In this document: positions 62,853 to 64,000 of the stretch, piece by piece | Numbering within the stretch: position 1 is the stretch's first letter | How the letters are laid out: each line of letters opens with the position of its first letter | Assembly (NCBI GenBank): GCA_030685065.1 | Contig: JAUXQH010000095.1 | Coordinates: 142,855-206,854 of the forward strand | DNA: 64,000 nt | Direction of reading: 5' to 3' | From: Pseudomonadota bacterium | GTDB lineage: Bacteria; Myxococcota_A; UBA796; SXON01 | Notes under the pieces: model-generated | Seen by the model: the letters and a program-made list of their open reading frames with translations, nothing else | Told to the model about the DNA's origin: nothing | The model's database searches: none | Program-made: the position numbers and the translations under genes

Positions 62853-63638
62853 GTGCCCGCGCCCTGGATCCTCGTGCTCGGCGTCTCCTCGGGCTTCGGG
62901 GCCGCCGCGGCGCGGGCCTTCGCGGCCGAAGGGTACGACGTGGCCGGCGTGCACCTGGATCGCCGCGCGGGCCAGGTGCACGCGGACTCCCTCGCGGACG
63001 AGCTCCGCGGGATGGGGCGCCAGGCCCTGTTCCTCAACGTGAACGCCGCGGATGACGTGCGGCGCGCCGAGGCCATGGCCACGTTCGCCGGTGCCATCCC
63101 CACGGGTGGCCTCCGCGTGTTCCTCCACTCGCTCGCGTTCGGGACGCTCAAGGCCTTCGTTCCGTCCGAGGGAGAGGGCAAGGGCGCCACCCGCAAGCAG
63201 ATCGAGATGACGGTCGACGTGATGGGCCACTCGCTCGTCTATTGGTCCCAGGACCTGGTCGGCGCGGGCCTGTTCAGCGACAACGCCCGCATCTTCGCGA
63301 TGACGTCGAGCGGCTCGCACATGGCGTGGCCGGGTTACGGGCCGGTCAGCGCGGCGAAGGCTGCGTTGGAAGCCCACATTCGCCAGCTCGCCATCGAGCT
63401 CGCCCCGCGCGGGATCACCGCCAACAGCATCCTGGCCGGGGTCACCCAGACCGCCGCGCTCGACAAGATCCCGGGCGCGGACAAGCTCATCGAGAAGGCG
63501 CTCGGGCGCAACCCGCATCGGCGTCTGACGACGCCCGAGGACGTCGCGACATGCCTCGTCGATCTGGCCCGGCCGGGCACGCGCTGGATGAACGGAAACG
63601 TGATCCGCGTCGATGGCGGCGAGGACTGCTCGGGGTAG
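62853..63638 (+). CDS. SDR-family oxidoreductase (enoyl-ACP reductase-like)
   Basis: ILVLGVSSGFGAAAARAFAAEG; ...YGPVSAAKAALEAHIRQLA..., Y-x3-K. Confidence 0.75.
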   Translation: MPAPWILVLGVSSGFGAAAARAFAAEGYDVAGVHLDRRAGQVHADSLADELRGMGRQALFLNVNAADDVRRAEAMATFAGAIPTGGLRVFLHSLAFGTLKAFVPSEGEGKGATRKQIEMTVDVMGHSLVYWSQDLVGAGLFSDNARIFAMTSSGSHMAWPGYGPVSAAKAALEAHIRQLAIELAPRGITANSILAGVTQTAALDKIPGADKLIEKALGRNPHRRLTTPEDVATCLVDLARPGTRWMNGNVIRVDGGEDCSG

Positions 63639-63647
63639 TCGCGTGGG

Positions 63648-64000
63648 TGGCGCTGGCCGCCTGCTCGGCGCCGGACGGAGCGGCGAAGGACGACTCGGGC
63701 GTCGAGGACACCGCTCCCGTTGACACCGACGTCGACGACACCGACGTCGAGGACACCGACGTCGAGGACACCGACGTCAGGGACACCGACGACACGAGTG
63801 ACGGTCCCTCGGGACTGGACCAGGTGCTCTCCGATCTGGGCGCCGACCGCGACGCGACGCTGCTCGCCATCTCGGGCGGGGCCGGGTGGCCCGCAGAGGT
63901 CGATGGCGGCTACCTCTTCGTCACCACCGAGCCCGGCGCGTGGTCGCTCGCGGGGGACTTCGAGGGGTGGTCCGGCCTGCCGATGACGCAGGAGAGCGGC
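63648..64000 (+). CDS. partial Asp-Thr-repeat protein (paralog family of 24961 and 48257 lipoproteins); start uncertain, continues beyond window
   Basis: The SDR frame continues straight after its TAG stop: (V)AWVALAACSAPDGAAKDDSGVEDTAPVDTDVDDTDVEDTDVEDTDVRDTDD.... A lipobox-like ALAAC is present, but there is no room for a normal signal peptide after the stop. Track ORF 63720..63986 is an off-frame reading of the same repeat DNA. Confidence 0.4.

Noticed and set aside
63720-63986. 88-aa PT-rich ORF and 63487..63870 (-)
   Set aside because: Off-frame or antisense readings of the DTD-repeat region. The in-frame reading gives the Asp-Thr repeat protein.

Overview
This is a ~72% GC bacterial chromosomal segment. 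Two proteins end in textbook MYXO-CTERM sorting signals (GCGC/CGC + hydrophobic helix + Arg cluster), and several lipoproteins carry MopE-like Cys-rich motifs with Asp-Thr repeats, so the source is almost certainly Myxococcota (Myxococcales-like). No rRNA, tRNA or CRISPR was seen. I call about 65 protein genes. Many long ORFs in the six-frame track are antisense or off-frame 'shadow' ORFs; they are Arg/Gly/Pro-rich, which is typical at this GC content, and I ignored them.

Gene content, in order:
- 1-3.8 kb: 5' end of an acyl-AMP ligase (the gene runs off the window edge), a CPA2 antiporter, a hotdog thioesterase and a VOC/glyoxalase.
- 3.76-4.19 kb: an AT-richer complex repeat element.
- 4.2-8.7 kb: enoyl-CoA hydratase, bpt aminoacyl-transferase, an XRE-cupin regulator, an SDR, and a QueA-like protein.
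- 9.5-13.6 kb: one operon reading orphan SPASM-like ORF - ABC ATPase - ABC-2 permease - DegT aminotransferase - PilD-type prepilin peptidase, with ATGA overlaps at three junctions.
- 14.5-20.6 kb: the most unusual region. Two divergent operons each carry a translationally coupled pair of paralogous radical SAM enzymes (B->A on the minus strand, D->E on the plus strand; A is paralogous to D and B to E). A lipoprotein sits downstream of A. A lipoprotein and a signal-peptide repeat protein (W/Y-rich repeats, His-Xaa-Ser-like run, SEGRGES tandem repeats) sit directly upstream of D. This looks like an undescribed protein/peptide maturation system.
- 20.7-31 kb: DUF4337 protein, a DASS/ArsB-type transporter, and a region shaped by an old segmental duplication. 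It holds a YkgJ-type Cys-cluster gene plus a decayed copy, a GNAT gene, a duplicated 3' gene fragment, an FG-GAP/MopE lipoprotein, and a BNR/Asp-box protein whose MYXO-CTERM tail has no stop codon.
- 31-40.9 kb: flotillin, a membrane protein, a MASE1-PAS histidine kinase, a sulfatase-like lipoprotein and an outer-membrane protein.
- 40.9-47.5 kb: a Tad/Flp pilus locus. In transcription order it reads Flp3-Flp2-CpaA peptidase-Flp1-CpaB-secretin, then a fused CpaE-CpaF (TadZ-TadA) ATPase and a single TadB/C platform protein.
- 47.7-64 kb: GNAT, MopE lipoprotein, uvrB with a perfect bidirectional terminator hairpin, a MYXO-CTERM protein, MepA-like endopeptidase, YcaQ-like wHTH protein, STAND-TPR ATPase, HAD hydrolase, TetR divergent from a fatty-acid hydroxylase, a parvulin PPIase lipoprotein, an SDR, and a partial Asp-Thr-repeat ORF.
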